This document shows, piece after piece, positions 1 through 12,226 of a DNA stretch of 64,000 nt. The notes beneath the pieces were generated by a model. It searched no databases. It was given only the letters and a program-made list of their open reading frames with translations, and was not told where the DNA came from. The position numbers were made by a program, and so were the translations under genes. This stretch comes from Bacteroidales bacterium (GTDB taxonomy: Bacteria > Bacteroidota > Bacteroidia > Bacteroidales > UBA1402). The stretch covers positions 11,475 to 75,474 of the forward strand of contig JAZQNO010000020.1 of NCBI GenBank assembly GCA_045627385.1. The letters run 5' to 3'. Position 1 is the stretch's first letter. Every line of letters starts with the position of its first letter.

Positions 1-1
1 T

Positions 2-499
2 CAGCTGAACATCATCGACTACAACCGTGTGGTGAAAGACCTCAACGGCATGTCGGCCGACGAGTTCCTGAAGGCGCTGGCCCAGGATTTCGAAGTGGAG
101 GAGAAGGGTGGCGACATCTACCGCCCCTGTGCCCTGCACAATTTCTCGCTCTATCTGGAAGGCAAGTGGTATTCACTGACCGCCAAGGCCGGCCGCTACG
201 ACGATGCCGACCCCATCGGCGTGCTCGACGTGACCATCTCTTCTCAGTTGATTCTGGACAAGCTCTTGGGCATCAAGGATCTGCGCAGCGACAAGCGCAT
301 TGATTTCGTGGGCGGCATCCGCGGCCTGGGCGAATTGAAGCGTCGCGTGGACAACGGAGAAATGAAGGTGGCTCTGGCACTGTATCCGGTTTCGATGAAG
401 CAGCTGATCGATATTGCCGACAGCGGCAACATCATGCCTCCGAAGACCACCTGGTTTGAACCTAAACTTCGCAGCGGACTGATCATCCACACTTTTTGA
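2..499 (+). CDS. DUF1015-family protein, C-terminal part (5' truncated by window edge)
   Basis: Frame is open from base 2; C-terminal motif IMPPKTTWFEPKLRSGL is characteristic of DUF1015 proteins. Confidence 0.85.
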   Translation, partial: QLNIIDYNRVVKDLNGMSADEFLKALAQDFEVEEKGGDIYRPCALHNFSLYLEGKWYSLTAKAGRYDDADPIGVLDVTISSQLILDKLLGIKDLRSDKRIDFVGGIRGLGELKRRVDNGEMKVALALYPVSMKQLIDIADSGNIMPPKTTWFEPKLRSGLIIHTF

Positions 500-510
500 A
501 CACTCTATAA

Positions 511-550
511 AAGGCTGTGACGGATGCGTTTGTGCGCCCGTTGCAGCCTT
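511..550. other. Intergenic stem-loop (about 18 bp with G-U pairs and one mismatch), possible terminator or processing/stability hairpin
   Basis: AAGGCTGTGACGGATGCG-TTTG-TGCGCCCGTTGCAGCCTT; no strong U-tract follows. Confidence 0.5.
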
Positions 551-561
551 ATTGGCTTCTG

Positions 562-1167
562 ATGGCAACAGATCTGTACAAGACATTGGCCGGCCCTTCC
601 GAGGGCCTGTACAAGGATAAAGGCAGCCGATTCCTGTCTTTCGCCTTTCCTGTGTCGTCGGTCGAGGAAGCCATGTCGCTGGTGGAAGACCTGCGCAAGC
701 GCTATCACGATGCCCGTCACTGCTGCTATGCCTACAGTGTGGGGGTGGACAGTCCGCAGACCCGTGCCAATGACGACGGCGAGCCTTCGGGCACGGCGGG
801 CAGGCCGATTCTGGGGCAGATCCGTTCGTTCGGTCTGGACAATGTGCTGATTGCGGTGGTGCGCTATTTCGGGGGTGTTCTGCTGGGTACGGGCGGTCTG
901 ACGGTGGCCTACAAGTCGGCGGCGGCAGATGCGCTTGAGAAGGCGCAGACGGTGGAAAAGACTTTGGAAGATGCGATTTGTCTGAGTTGTGACTATCTTT
1001 GCATCAACGAAGTGATGAAGCTGGTCAAGGAAGAGAAGCTGGGTCTGGTGGATCCGGTCTACGACCAGGTGTGCACGATGACGCTGCGGGTGCCCAAGAG
1101 CAGTCGCGAGTCGCTGGAGAATCGTCTGCTGAAAATTGAATCGCTCCGATTGCTGGAATCTGTATGA
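562..1167 (+). CDS. yigZ: YigZ/IMPACT family protein
   Basis: [49 protein letters not shown] motifs; ATG 562 preferred over GTG 517, which lies in the hairpin. Confidence 0.9.
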   Translation: MATDLYKTLAGPSEGLYKDKGSRFLSFAFPVSSVEEAMSLVEDLRKRYHDARHCCYAYSVGVDSPQTRANDDGEPSGTAGRPILGQIRSFGLDNVLIAVVRYFGGVLLGTGGLTVAYKSAAADALEKAQTVEKTLEDAICLSCDYLCINEVMKLVKEEKLGLVDPVYDQVCTMTLRVPKSSRESLENRLLKIESLRLLESV

Positions 1168-1631
1168 AAATGAAACTTGAACATAAGGTATTGGTCAAGA
1201 ACAAGAAGGCTTCTTTCGACTACATCCTCACCGATTTCTATACGGCGGGGCTGGTGCTGACGGGCACTGAGATGAAGGCGCTCCGCCAGGGAAAGGCCAG
1301 TCTGACCGACAGTTATGTGGTCTTCTACGGCAACGAGCTTTGGGTCAAGGGTACGCAGATTTCGGTCTATGAAAACGGTTCCTACAACAACCATCAGCCC
1401 AAGCGTGACCGCAAGCTGCTGCTGACGAAGAAGGAACTTCGCAAAATCGAACGTGAGACCAAGGAGACGGGTTTCACCATTGTGCCGACCAAGCTGTTCA
1501 TCAACGATGGGGGTTGGGCCAAGCTGGAGATTGCCATCGCGAAGGGTAAGAAGGCCTATGACAAACGCGAGTCGCTGAAGGAAAAGGACGACCGCCGCGA
1601 CATGGACCGTGTCTTCAAGTCACATCTGTAG
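1164..1631 (+). CDS. smpB: SsrA-binding protein SmpB
   Basis: [39 protein letters not shown]; ATGA overlap with yigZ. Confidence 0.97.
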   Translation: MKMKLEHKVLVKNKKASFDYILTDFYTAGLVLTGTEMKALRQGKASLTDSYVVFYGNELWVKGTQISVYENGSYNNHQPKRDRKLLLTKKELRKIERETKETGFTIVPTKLFINDGGWAKLEIAIAKGKKAYDKRESLKEKDDRRDMDRVFKSHL

Positions 1632-1634
1632 AAA

Positions 1635-2750
1635 TCAGAAGATTTTGATGTAGCAGCGTTTGCGCTTGTTCTGCACGTGGTTGTAGTTTTTCCAGTTGCG
1701 GATGGCGGCCTGATTGTCTTCCAGCATGCCGGTGGTTTCCACTTGGAGCATCTGATACTTGGAGAAGACCGGCTGCGCGGCGTTGATGACCATTCCCAAC
1801 ACACCTTTTGACTGATATTCGGGATCTATTCCGGTGAGGAACAGGTCGATGGTGTCGTTGTGCTTGCGCGACCAGAGCAGGGAAATGAGGGCGCGCAGGC
1901 CCAGTTTGCCTTTGGCGATCTGCATGGTGCGGGTGAGCGATGGCACGGGCACGATGAAGGCCACGATGTGGTCGTTCTCGTCCATGACCAGTTTGACGAA
2001 TTCTGTGTTGATGACGGGCACATAGTCGTTGAGCACGGCTTCGATCATCTTGTCGTCGAGGGGGGCGAAGGAGAAGAGGTTGTAGAACGATTTGTTGAGC
2101 AGATGGAACACGTCGTGTCCCAGACGGCGCAGCTCTTTTTTGGAATGGACGTCCACCACATGCAGTTTGTAGCGCTGGGCGATGATGTCGGAAAGGCGTA
2201 CGGCTTTTTCGGGCATTTCGGCGTCGAGCTGGAGGCGGAATTCGATCCAGTCTTTGTGTTTGAGATAGCCGAGGCGCTCGATGTGGCGGTGGTAATATTC
2301 GTGATGATAGACCGAGGCTACTGAGGGCATCTGGTCGAAGCCTTCCACCAGTACGGCCTGACTGTCGAGGTTGGAGAATCCCAACGGACCCATGATGCCG
2401 GTCATTCCTTTTTCTTTGGCCCAGGCTTCGGCCGTGGCGAACAGGGCGTCGACCACTTCTTCGTCGTCGATGAATTCGCAGCGGGTGAAACGGCCCAGCT
2501 TTTCCTGGGTCTTTTCGATATAGGCGTAGTGGATGATGCCGCCGATGCGTCCGACGGTCTCTCCGTCGCGGCGGGCGATCCAGAATTTGGCTTCGCTGAA
2601 ATTGAGGTAGGGGTTTTCGGGGCTGATGCTCTTCATTTCACCCTTGATGATGGGCGGCACCCAATAGGGGTTGCCTTTGTACAGCTTGAAAGGAAGCATG
2701 ACGAACTCTTTGCGCAGGGCAGGTGTGTTGACTTCAATGATTTCTACCAT
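1635..2750 (-). CDS. YghO-like GNAT-fold acyltransferase, candidate bacterial ceramide synthase (bCerS family)
   Basis: LPFKLYKGNPYWVPP, VGRIGGII, EFIDDEEVVDALF, GPLGFSNLD...LVEGFD pattern; start taken at MVEII (2750). Confidence 0.65.
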   Translation of the reverse strand: MVEIIEVNTPALRKEFVMLPFKLYKGNPYWVPPIIKGEMKSISPENPYLNFSEAKFWIARRDGETVGRIGGIIHYAYIEKTQEKLGRFTRCEFIDDEEVVDALFATAEAWAKEKGMTGIMGPLGFSNLDSQAVLVEGFDQMPSVASVYHHEYYHRHIERLGYLKHKDWIEFRLQLDAEMPEKAVRLSDIIAQRYKLHVVDVHSKKELRRLGHDVFHLLNKSFYNLFSFAPLDDKMIEAVLNDYVPVINTEFVKLVMDENDHIVAFIVPVPSLTRTMQIAKGKLGLRALISLLWSRKHNDTIDLFLTGIDPEYQSKGVLGMVINAAQPVFSKYQMLQVETTGMLEDNQAAIRNWKNYNHVQNKRKRCYIKIF

Positions 2751-2822
2751 AACGATACACTCTTTAAAAATTTCCTCAAAAATGTGGTGAAGGCGTCCGA
2801 CACTCAAGCGGGCGCCTCCTGA

Positions 2823-4850
2823 TTATTCGTACAGTCCTTCGGCCGAAAGGGGAAGGGCGGCATAGTCGCGTGAGTAGCGCAGGTGCTGCTCCACATAGCC
2901 TTCGCTGTAGTCGATGGTGACGTCGGTGATGTGGCCGTCCTTGTCGCAGACGGGCTTGAGAACGGGGTTGACGAATCCGCTGTAGGGGGCGATGTCGAGT
3001 TTGGAGTAGCGGCTGAGGATTTCCTCGTGCAACTGGCTGTCCACTTTGACAGCGTAGGTCTCTACCAGACTGCGGGCGGCCTCGTAGTCGCCTTCCGATT
3101 TGCAGCGCTGGATTTCGGCCAGCAACTGGCCGAAGGCTTCGCGCAGTTTCTTGTAGCTGTGGATGACCAGATAGGTCTTGCCTTCGCGTTTGACGAGTTC
3201 GGCCACTTGAGGACCGGCGTTGCGGAGCACCCAGTTGGCTACCAGGGCACGGTTGCGCATGTGGGCCTCTTCGATGTCATTGCCAAGTTCGATGCGTCTG
3301 AGCTGGGTCATGGCGCCGTTCATCATATAGGAGTAGTACTGTGCCTTGTAGGAGTCTTTGGGCATGAGGCCGAGCTCGACCATCTTGTCGTCGCCCATGA
3401 AGTAGAGGGCGAAGAGGTCGGCGCGGGCTTCTTCCATGGTGGATGAATAGGAACGCATGGCGTTGGGGTCGGTGCCTTCGAGCAATTGGCCGGAGCCGTG
3501 TCCCAGACATTCGTGCAGGTCGGTGTGGAGGTTGTCGGTGAGGTGTCCGTATTTCTCAATCATACGGATTTCCTTCTGGCTCCAGACGAATTCCTCGCTG
3601 CTGCCGTTGCCCATGGAGGCGGCGCTGTAGGCTTCGGTGATGTTTTCGATGGTGACCGATTTGCTGCCGTAGTCGCGGCGGATCCAGTCGGCGTTGGGCA
3701 GGTTGATGCCGATGGGTGTGGTGGGGTAGCAGTCACCGCCCAGCATGGCCACGTTGATGACTTTGGCGGAAACGCCTTTGACCTGGGGCTTGCGGAAACG
3801 CGGGTCGATGGGAGCATGGTCTTCGAACCACTGGGCGTTGGCGCTGATGATTTCGGTGCGCTCCGAGGCTTCCTGATTCTTGAAGTTGATGCTGCTTTCC
3901 CAGCTCGACTTGTAGCCGATGGGGTCGCCGTAGTTTTCGATGAATCCGTTGACGAAGTCGACATGCGAATCCAGATCCTTGACCCACAATACACTGTATT
4001 CGTCAAAAGTCTTCAGGTCGCCGTTGCGGTAGTATTCGATCAGCTTGGCGATGGTGGCGGCCTGTGCCGGATTCTCGGCCACGGTCTGGGCCTTTTCCAG
4101 CCAATAGACAATCTTTTCGATGGCTTGCGAATAGCGTCCGCCGATGCGGTAGACTTCTTCCTGGAGCTGGCCCTTGGCGTCTTTGACCAGACGGCTGTTC
4201 AGTCCGTAGGAGATGGGGCAGGGGTCGTCGGGGTCGGCCATTTCGGCATAGAACTCTTCGGCTTCTTTCTGGGAAACGCCATAGTAGTAGTTCTCGGCGG
4301 AAGTGAGCAGCAGGTCGGCACCGTCGGCCTGGTTGACGCGCTTGGCCAGGAAGTCGGGGTTGAAGATGACGTCCTGGAGGATGGCCAGCAGTCTGTCGGC
4401 GGGCATGGGCAACTTGTCGGCGGGAACGGTGTTGAGCGTTTGGGCGAAGTATTCGGCCGAGAAACCGGGTACGAACTTGTCGGTGGCGTAGTGGTGGTGG
4501 ATGCCGTTGGCCACCCAGACGCGCTTGAGATAGGTCTCGAGGGCTTTCCAGTCGGCGCTTTCGCGGTCGGTTTGGGCGTTTACGTAGACGGCTTCGAGGG
4601 TCTGGCGCACCAGCAGGTTGTAGCGGCAGTTCTGGTCGAAGAGGATGTCGCGTCCCCACAGTCCGGCTTCGCTCAGATAATAGACGAGCTCTTTCTGCTG
4701 CAGGCTGAGGCGGTCGAAGCCGGGCACCTGGTAGTGAAGGATGGAAAGGTCGGCGAAGCGGTCGGCCTGATACTGGAAGGAATCGCTGTTCTTGACCGAG
4801 CACGAGAGGCTCAGGCAGGCTAGGGCACACATGGGAATGATTTTTTTCAT
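2823..4850 (-). CDS. Dipeptidyl peptidase III (M49 metallopeptidase), lipoprotein
   Basis: HECLGH zinc motif, EEARAD motif, GINLPN; N-terminal signal ending LSLSC. Confidence 0.93.
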   Translation of the reverse strand: MKKIIPMCALACLSLSCSVKNSDSFQYQADRFADLSILHYQVPGFDRLSLQQKELVYYLSEAGLWGRDILFDQNCRYNLLVRQTLEAVYVNAQTDRESADWKALETYLKRVWVANGIHHHYATDKFVPGFSAEYFAQTLNTVPADKLPMPADRLLAILQDVIFNPDFLAKRVNQADGADLLLTSAENYYYGVSQKEAEEFYAEMADPDDPCPISYGLNSRLVKDAKGQLQEEVYRIGGRYSQAIEKIVYWLEKAQTVAENPAQAATIAKLIEYYRNGDLKTFDEYSVLWVKDLDSHVDFVNGFIENYGDPIGYKSSWESSINFKNQEASERTEIISANAQWFEDHAPIDPRFRKPQVKGVSAKVINVAMLGGDCYPTTPIGINLPNADWIRRDYGSKSVTIENITEAYSAASMGNGSSEEFVWSQKEIRMIEKYGHLTDNLHTDLHECLGHGSGQLLEGTDPNAMRSYSSTMEEARADLFALYFMGDDKMVELGLMPKDSYKAQYYSYMMNGAMTQLRRIELGNDIEEAHMRNRALVANWVLRNAGPQVAELVKREGKTYLVIHSYKKLREAFGQLLAEIQRCKSEGDYEAARSLVETYAVKVDSQLHEEILSRYSKLDIAPYSGFVNPVLKPVCDKDGHITDVTIDYSEGYVEQHLRYSRDYAALPLSAEGLYE

Positions 4851-5926
4851 CGGGATGATTTTGAGAGAAGGAAGGCGTCGGCCAGACAGAGTGCGGTCAT
4901 GGCTTCCACGACGGGCAGCACGCGGGGCGACAGGCAGATGTCGTGGCGTCCTGTGATTTGCAGTCCGACGCTTTCTCCTTTGTTGTTGACGGTGGTCTGG
5001 GGTTTGGCTATGCTGGCGACGGGCTTGAAGGCCAGATCGAAGCGAATGTCTTCTCCGTTGCTGATGCCGCCTTGGATGCCGCCGCTGTGATTGGTGAGCG
5101 TGCGCACACGGCCGTCACGGCAGCAGAAGGGGTCGTTGGCTTGGGAGCCTTTCAGGCTGATGTCGAAGCCGCTGCCGTAGGAAAAGCCTTTGCAGGCGGG
5201 AATGGAAAGCATGGCGGCGGCGAGTCGGGCTTCCAGCTTGTCGAAAATGGGTTCACCCCATCCGGCGGGTACGTTTTTGACGCATACGCTGACACGGCAG
5301 CCCAGGGAATCGCCTTCTTGGCGGGTCTGCCGGAGCAGATGTTCCATTTCGAGGGCTATTTCTTTGTCGGGGCAGTGGTAAGCGTTGCCGGAGGCTGACT
5401 GGGAATCGAGCTGGCAGCCGGAGGGCAGCTGTAGGGGGCCGATGCCGGTGGTGAAGGCTTCGATGCAGATGTCGGAGGGCAGCACTTGGCGGGCGATGGC
5501 GCCGGCCGCCACGCGGACGGCGGTTTCGCGTCCCGACGCGCGGCCTCCTCCGCGATGGTCGCGGATGCCGTAGCGGGCTTGCCAGGTGTAGTCGGCGTGT
5601 GAGGGGCGGTAGAGCTCGCGGAGTGTGTCGTAATCTTCGCTGCGGGCGTCTTCGTTGCGGATGATGAAGGCCAGGGGGGCTCCGGTGGTGACGCCTTCGA
5701 ACAGGCCCGAAAGCCATTCGATGCGGTCGCTTTCCTGTCGGGCGGAGCCGGAAGGTTCTTCCGGGCGGGCCGGATGGCCCGGCCTGCGGCGGTCGGTCTC
5801 CTTCTGCACGGCCTCCAGGTCGAGCCGCAGGCCGGCGGGGCAGCCGTCGATGACGCCGCCTATGGCCGGTCCGTGCGATTCGCCGAATGTGGTGAGCCGG
5901 AACAGATGTCCGAAGGTGTTGCCCAT
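4847..5926 (-). CDS. aroC: Chorismate synthase
   Basis: MGNTFGHLFRLTTFGESHG, RPSHADY, GGGRASGRET, NHSGGIQGGISNG, GRHD. Confidence 0.97.
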   Translation of the reverse strand: MGNTFGHLFRLTTFGESHGPAIGGVIDGCPAGLRLDLEAVQKETDRRRPGHPARPEEPSGSARQESDRIEWLSGLFEGVTTGAPLAFIIRNEDARSEDYDTLRELYRPSHADYTWQARYGIRDHRGGGRASGRETAVRVAAGAIARQVLPSDICIEAFTTGIGPLQLPSGCQLDSQSASGNAYHCPDKEIALEMEHLLRQTRQEGDSLGCRVSVCVKNVPAGWGEPIFDKLEARLAAAMLSIPACKGFSYGSGFDISLKGSQANDPFCCRDGRVRTLTNHSGGIQGGISNGEDIRFDLAFKPVASIAKPQTTVNNKGESVGLQITGRHDICLSPRVLPVVEAMTALCLADAFLLSKSSR

Positions 5927-5938
5927 AGCGTTATGGCT

Positions 5939-6511
5939 TCAATGGCAATGGCCGCATCCGCAGCCGCACTCGTCTTCTCCTTCGCCGCAGCAGTCGTGGT
6001 GACAGTCGCCGCAGGAGCAGGGGTGCATGAGGGCTTCCATTTCTTCGTCGGTGCTTTCGCGCACTTCGAGCACCTTGCCGATGAAGTGGAGGTCTTCGCC
6101 TGCCAGCGGGTGGTTGAAGTCCATCTTCACATGGTCTTCGGCCACTTCCAGCACGACGCCGTCGAGACGCTGTCCGTCTTCGGTCATCATGGGCACCATC
6201 TTGTCTACGGCGATGTTTTCGCTGTCGAACTTGCCGTCGACTGTGAAGAGGGATTTGGGCAGGTCGACCACGTGCTCTTGCTCATAGTCGCCGTAGGCCT
6301 GGTCGCAGGGAAGCGTAAAGTCGAAAGTATCGTTTTCGTCGAGTCCGGCCAGCTGTTTCTCAAAGGAGTCGAGCATCATGCCCATGCCGAAGACGAAGGT
6401 CAGGGGCTGCTGTTCGGTGGCACGTTCCATCAGTTCGGGCTTGGAGCCGTCTTCGCCGCCTACATAGAGGTCGTAGGAAACGGCGACGAATTTCTTGTCG
6501 TTGATTTTCAT
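5939..6511 (-). CDS. slyD: FKBP-type peptidyl-prolyl isomerase SlyD with Cys/His-rich tail
   Basis: MKINDKKFVAVSYDLY, DQAYG, DFNHPLAGEDLHF, tail HPCSCGDCHHDCC...CGCGCGHCH; it is the C-terminal part of the 911-aa minus ORF in the track. Confidence 0.92.
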   Translation of the reverse strand: MKINDKKFVAVSYDLYVGGEDGSKPELMERATEQQPLTFVFGMGMMLDSFEKQLAGLDENDTFDFTLPCDQAYGDYEQEHVVDLPKSLFTVDGKFDSENIAVDKMVPMMTEDGQRLDGVVLEVAEDHVKMDFNHPLAGEDLHFIGKVLEVRESTDEEMEALMHPCSCGDCHHDCCGEGEDECGCGCGHCH

Positions 6512-6540
6512 AAACTTCAGATTATTTATAATTCGAGGCA

Positions 6541-6581
6541 CAAATATACAAATTAAACCAATCAAATTTGTATTATCTTTG
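6541..6581. promoter_or_regulatory. Divergent Bacteroidota sigma70 -7 elements: TATATTTG (minus, 6541-6548, slyD operon) and TATCTTTG (plus, 6574-6581, porin-ligA operon)
   Basis: Both match TAnnTTTG in an AT-rich divergent intergenic gap. Confidence 0.75.
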
Positions 6582-6598
6582 CCGCATAAACGAGATTT

Positions 6599-10754
<4,156 letters not shown>

Positions 10755-10757
10755 CCT

Positions 10758-11270
10758 ATGATACAGCTATTTGTCCGTCAGGCCTGCCGCCGTCGCCGGC
10801 AATTGCCGCGCGAGCGCCGATTCATGGTGTTCGGCGATGTCCGCCGCATTGTGATGCATTTCGACTATCCCGACTACGACAAGGCTATGCGGGTGAAGCG
10901 GGAGTTGGAGAAGGAGGGCAAAAAAGTGTTTGCCTGGACCTATTCGCAGATTGAGCGCGACAACACCGCCCTGTCGTCGGATGTGCACGTCCTGACCGAC
11001 CGTCACTTGAATTTTTTCTTTCTGCCCAAGAAATACGTGCTGGCCAACTATACGGGTCAGCATGCGGACATGCTGCTCGACCTTTCCCAGACCCAAAATC
11101 CGCTGATGGAGTATCTCACGCTTGCTTCGGGGTGTCCTTTCCGTGTGGGATTCAAGGCCGATGATCCTTCCATCTACGATTTTGTGCTGGATATTTCGCA
11201 TAGTTCTTCCGACCTCGACGAAAATGCGGCCACGCTGCTTTTTTATTTGAAAAGCCTGCGTTTTCAATAG
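10758..11270 (+). CDS. Conserved Bacteroidota hypothetical protein (DUF6913-like), between ligA and dapA
   Basis: Clean ORF in operon; DMLLDLS, PFRVGF, YDFVLD motifs; family name recalled, not searched. Confidence 0.6.
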   Translation: MIQLFVRQACRRRRQLPRERRFMVFGDVRRIVMHFDYPDYDKAMRVKRELEKEGKKVFAWTYSQIERDNTALSSDVHVLTDRHLNFFFLPKKYVLANYTGQHADMLLDLSQTQNPLMEYLTLASGCPFRVGFKADDPSIYDFVLDISHSSSDLDENAATLLFYLKSLRFQ

Positions 11271-11279
11271 GAAATTCGC

Positions 11280-11287
11280 TATTTTTG
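11280..11287 (+). promoter_or_regulatory. Sigma70 -7 element for dapA-pheT-yebC
   Basis: TATTTTTG, 28 nt upstream of dapA ATG. Confidence 0.6.
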
Positions 11288-11315
11288 CAAATTCTTATAG
11301 AAACGCGTTTTTCCA

Positions 11316-12218
11316 ATGGAAGCATCAATTGCAAACAAGTTGACGGGCATGGGCGTGGCCCTGATCACCCCTTTCAAGCAAGATGAGAGCGTCGATTTCG
11401 ATGCCTTAGGTCAGCTCGTTGATTATCAGATACGGAATAAGGCTGATTACCTGGTGGTTCTGGGTACCACGGCCGAAACTCCCACGCTCAGCGAAGAGGA
11501 AAAGCAGCAGGTCATCGACTATGTGCGTTTGCGTGTGAACGGTCGCCTGCCGCTGGTGCTCGGTCTGGGGGGCAACTGCACGGCCAATGTGGTCCGCACG
11601 CTGCAGACGGCCGATCTGGACGGTTTCTGCGCCATCCTGTCGGTGACCCCTTATTACAACAAGCCCTCTCAGGAAGGCATCTATCAGCATTACAAGGCGA
11701 TTGCGGAGGCTTCTCCCGTCCCTGTGATTCTCTACAACGTGCCCGGCCGCACGGGTGTGAACATGACGGCCGACACCATCCTGCGTCTGGCCCGCGATTT
11801 CAAGAACATCGTGGCGGTGAAGGAGGCTTCGGGCAACATCGGTCAGATGAACAACATCATCAAGAACAAACCTGCCGGATTCATGGTCATTTCGGGTGAC
11901 GACGGCATCGCCTATCCGCTCATCACCATGGGTGCCGTGGGGGTCATTTCCGTCATCGGAAACGCTTTCCCGAAAGAGTTCAGCCGCATGGTGCGCCTGG
12001 CGCTCAACGGCGACTATGAGAATGCGCTGAAGATCCATCACCGTTTCACCGACCTGTTCGACCTGCTGTTCGTGGACGGCAATCCGGCCGGTGTGAAATG
12101 TCTGCTCAGCATGATGGGCTACATCGAAAACAAGCTTCGTCTGCCGCTGGTGCCCACTCGTCTGGCCACCTACGAGAAGATTCACGAAGTGCTCAACAAA
12201 CTCGGTATCAAATGCTAA
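11316..12218 (+). CDS. dapA: 4-hydroxy-tetrahydrodipicolinate synthase
   Basis: ALITPF, LGTTAE, PYYNKP, LYNVPGRTG, VAVKEASG. Confidence 0.97.
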   Translation: MEASIANKLTGMGVALITPFKQDESVDFDALGQLVDYQIRNKADYLVVLGTTAETPTLSEEEKQQVIDYVRLRVNGRLPLVLGLGGNCTANVVRTLQTADLDGFCAILSVTPYYNKPSQEGIYQHYKAIAEASPVPVILYNVPGRTGVNMTADTILRLARDFKNIVAVKEASGNIGQMNNIIKNKPAGFMVISGDDGIAYPLITMGAVGVISVIGNAFPKEFSRMVRLALNGDYENALKIHHRFTDLFDLLFVDGNPAGVKCLLSMMGYIENKLRLPLVPTRLATYEKIHEVLNKLGIKC

Positions 12219-12226
12219 TGTAAGAT

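Noticed and set aside
6554-6578. TAAACC in the slyD/porin intergenic region as a fourth ECF promoter
   Set aside because: The position 15 nt downstream reads ATCT, not YGTC; a sigma70 element explains the site
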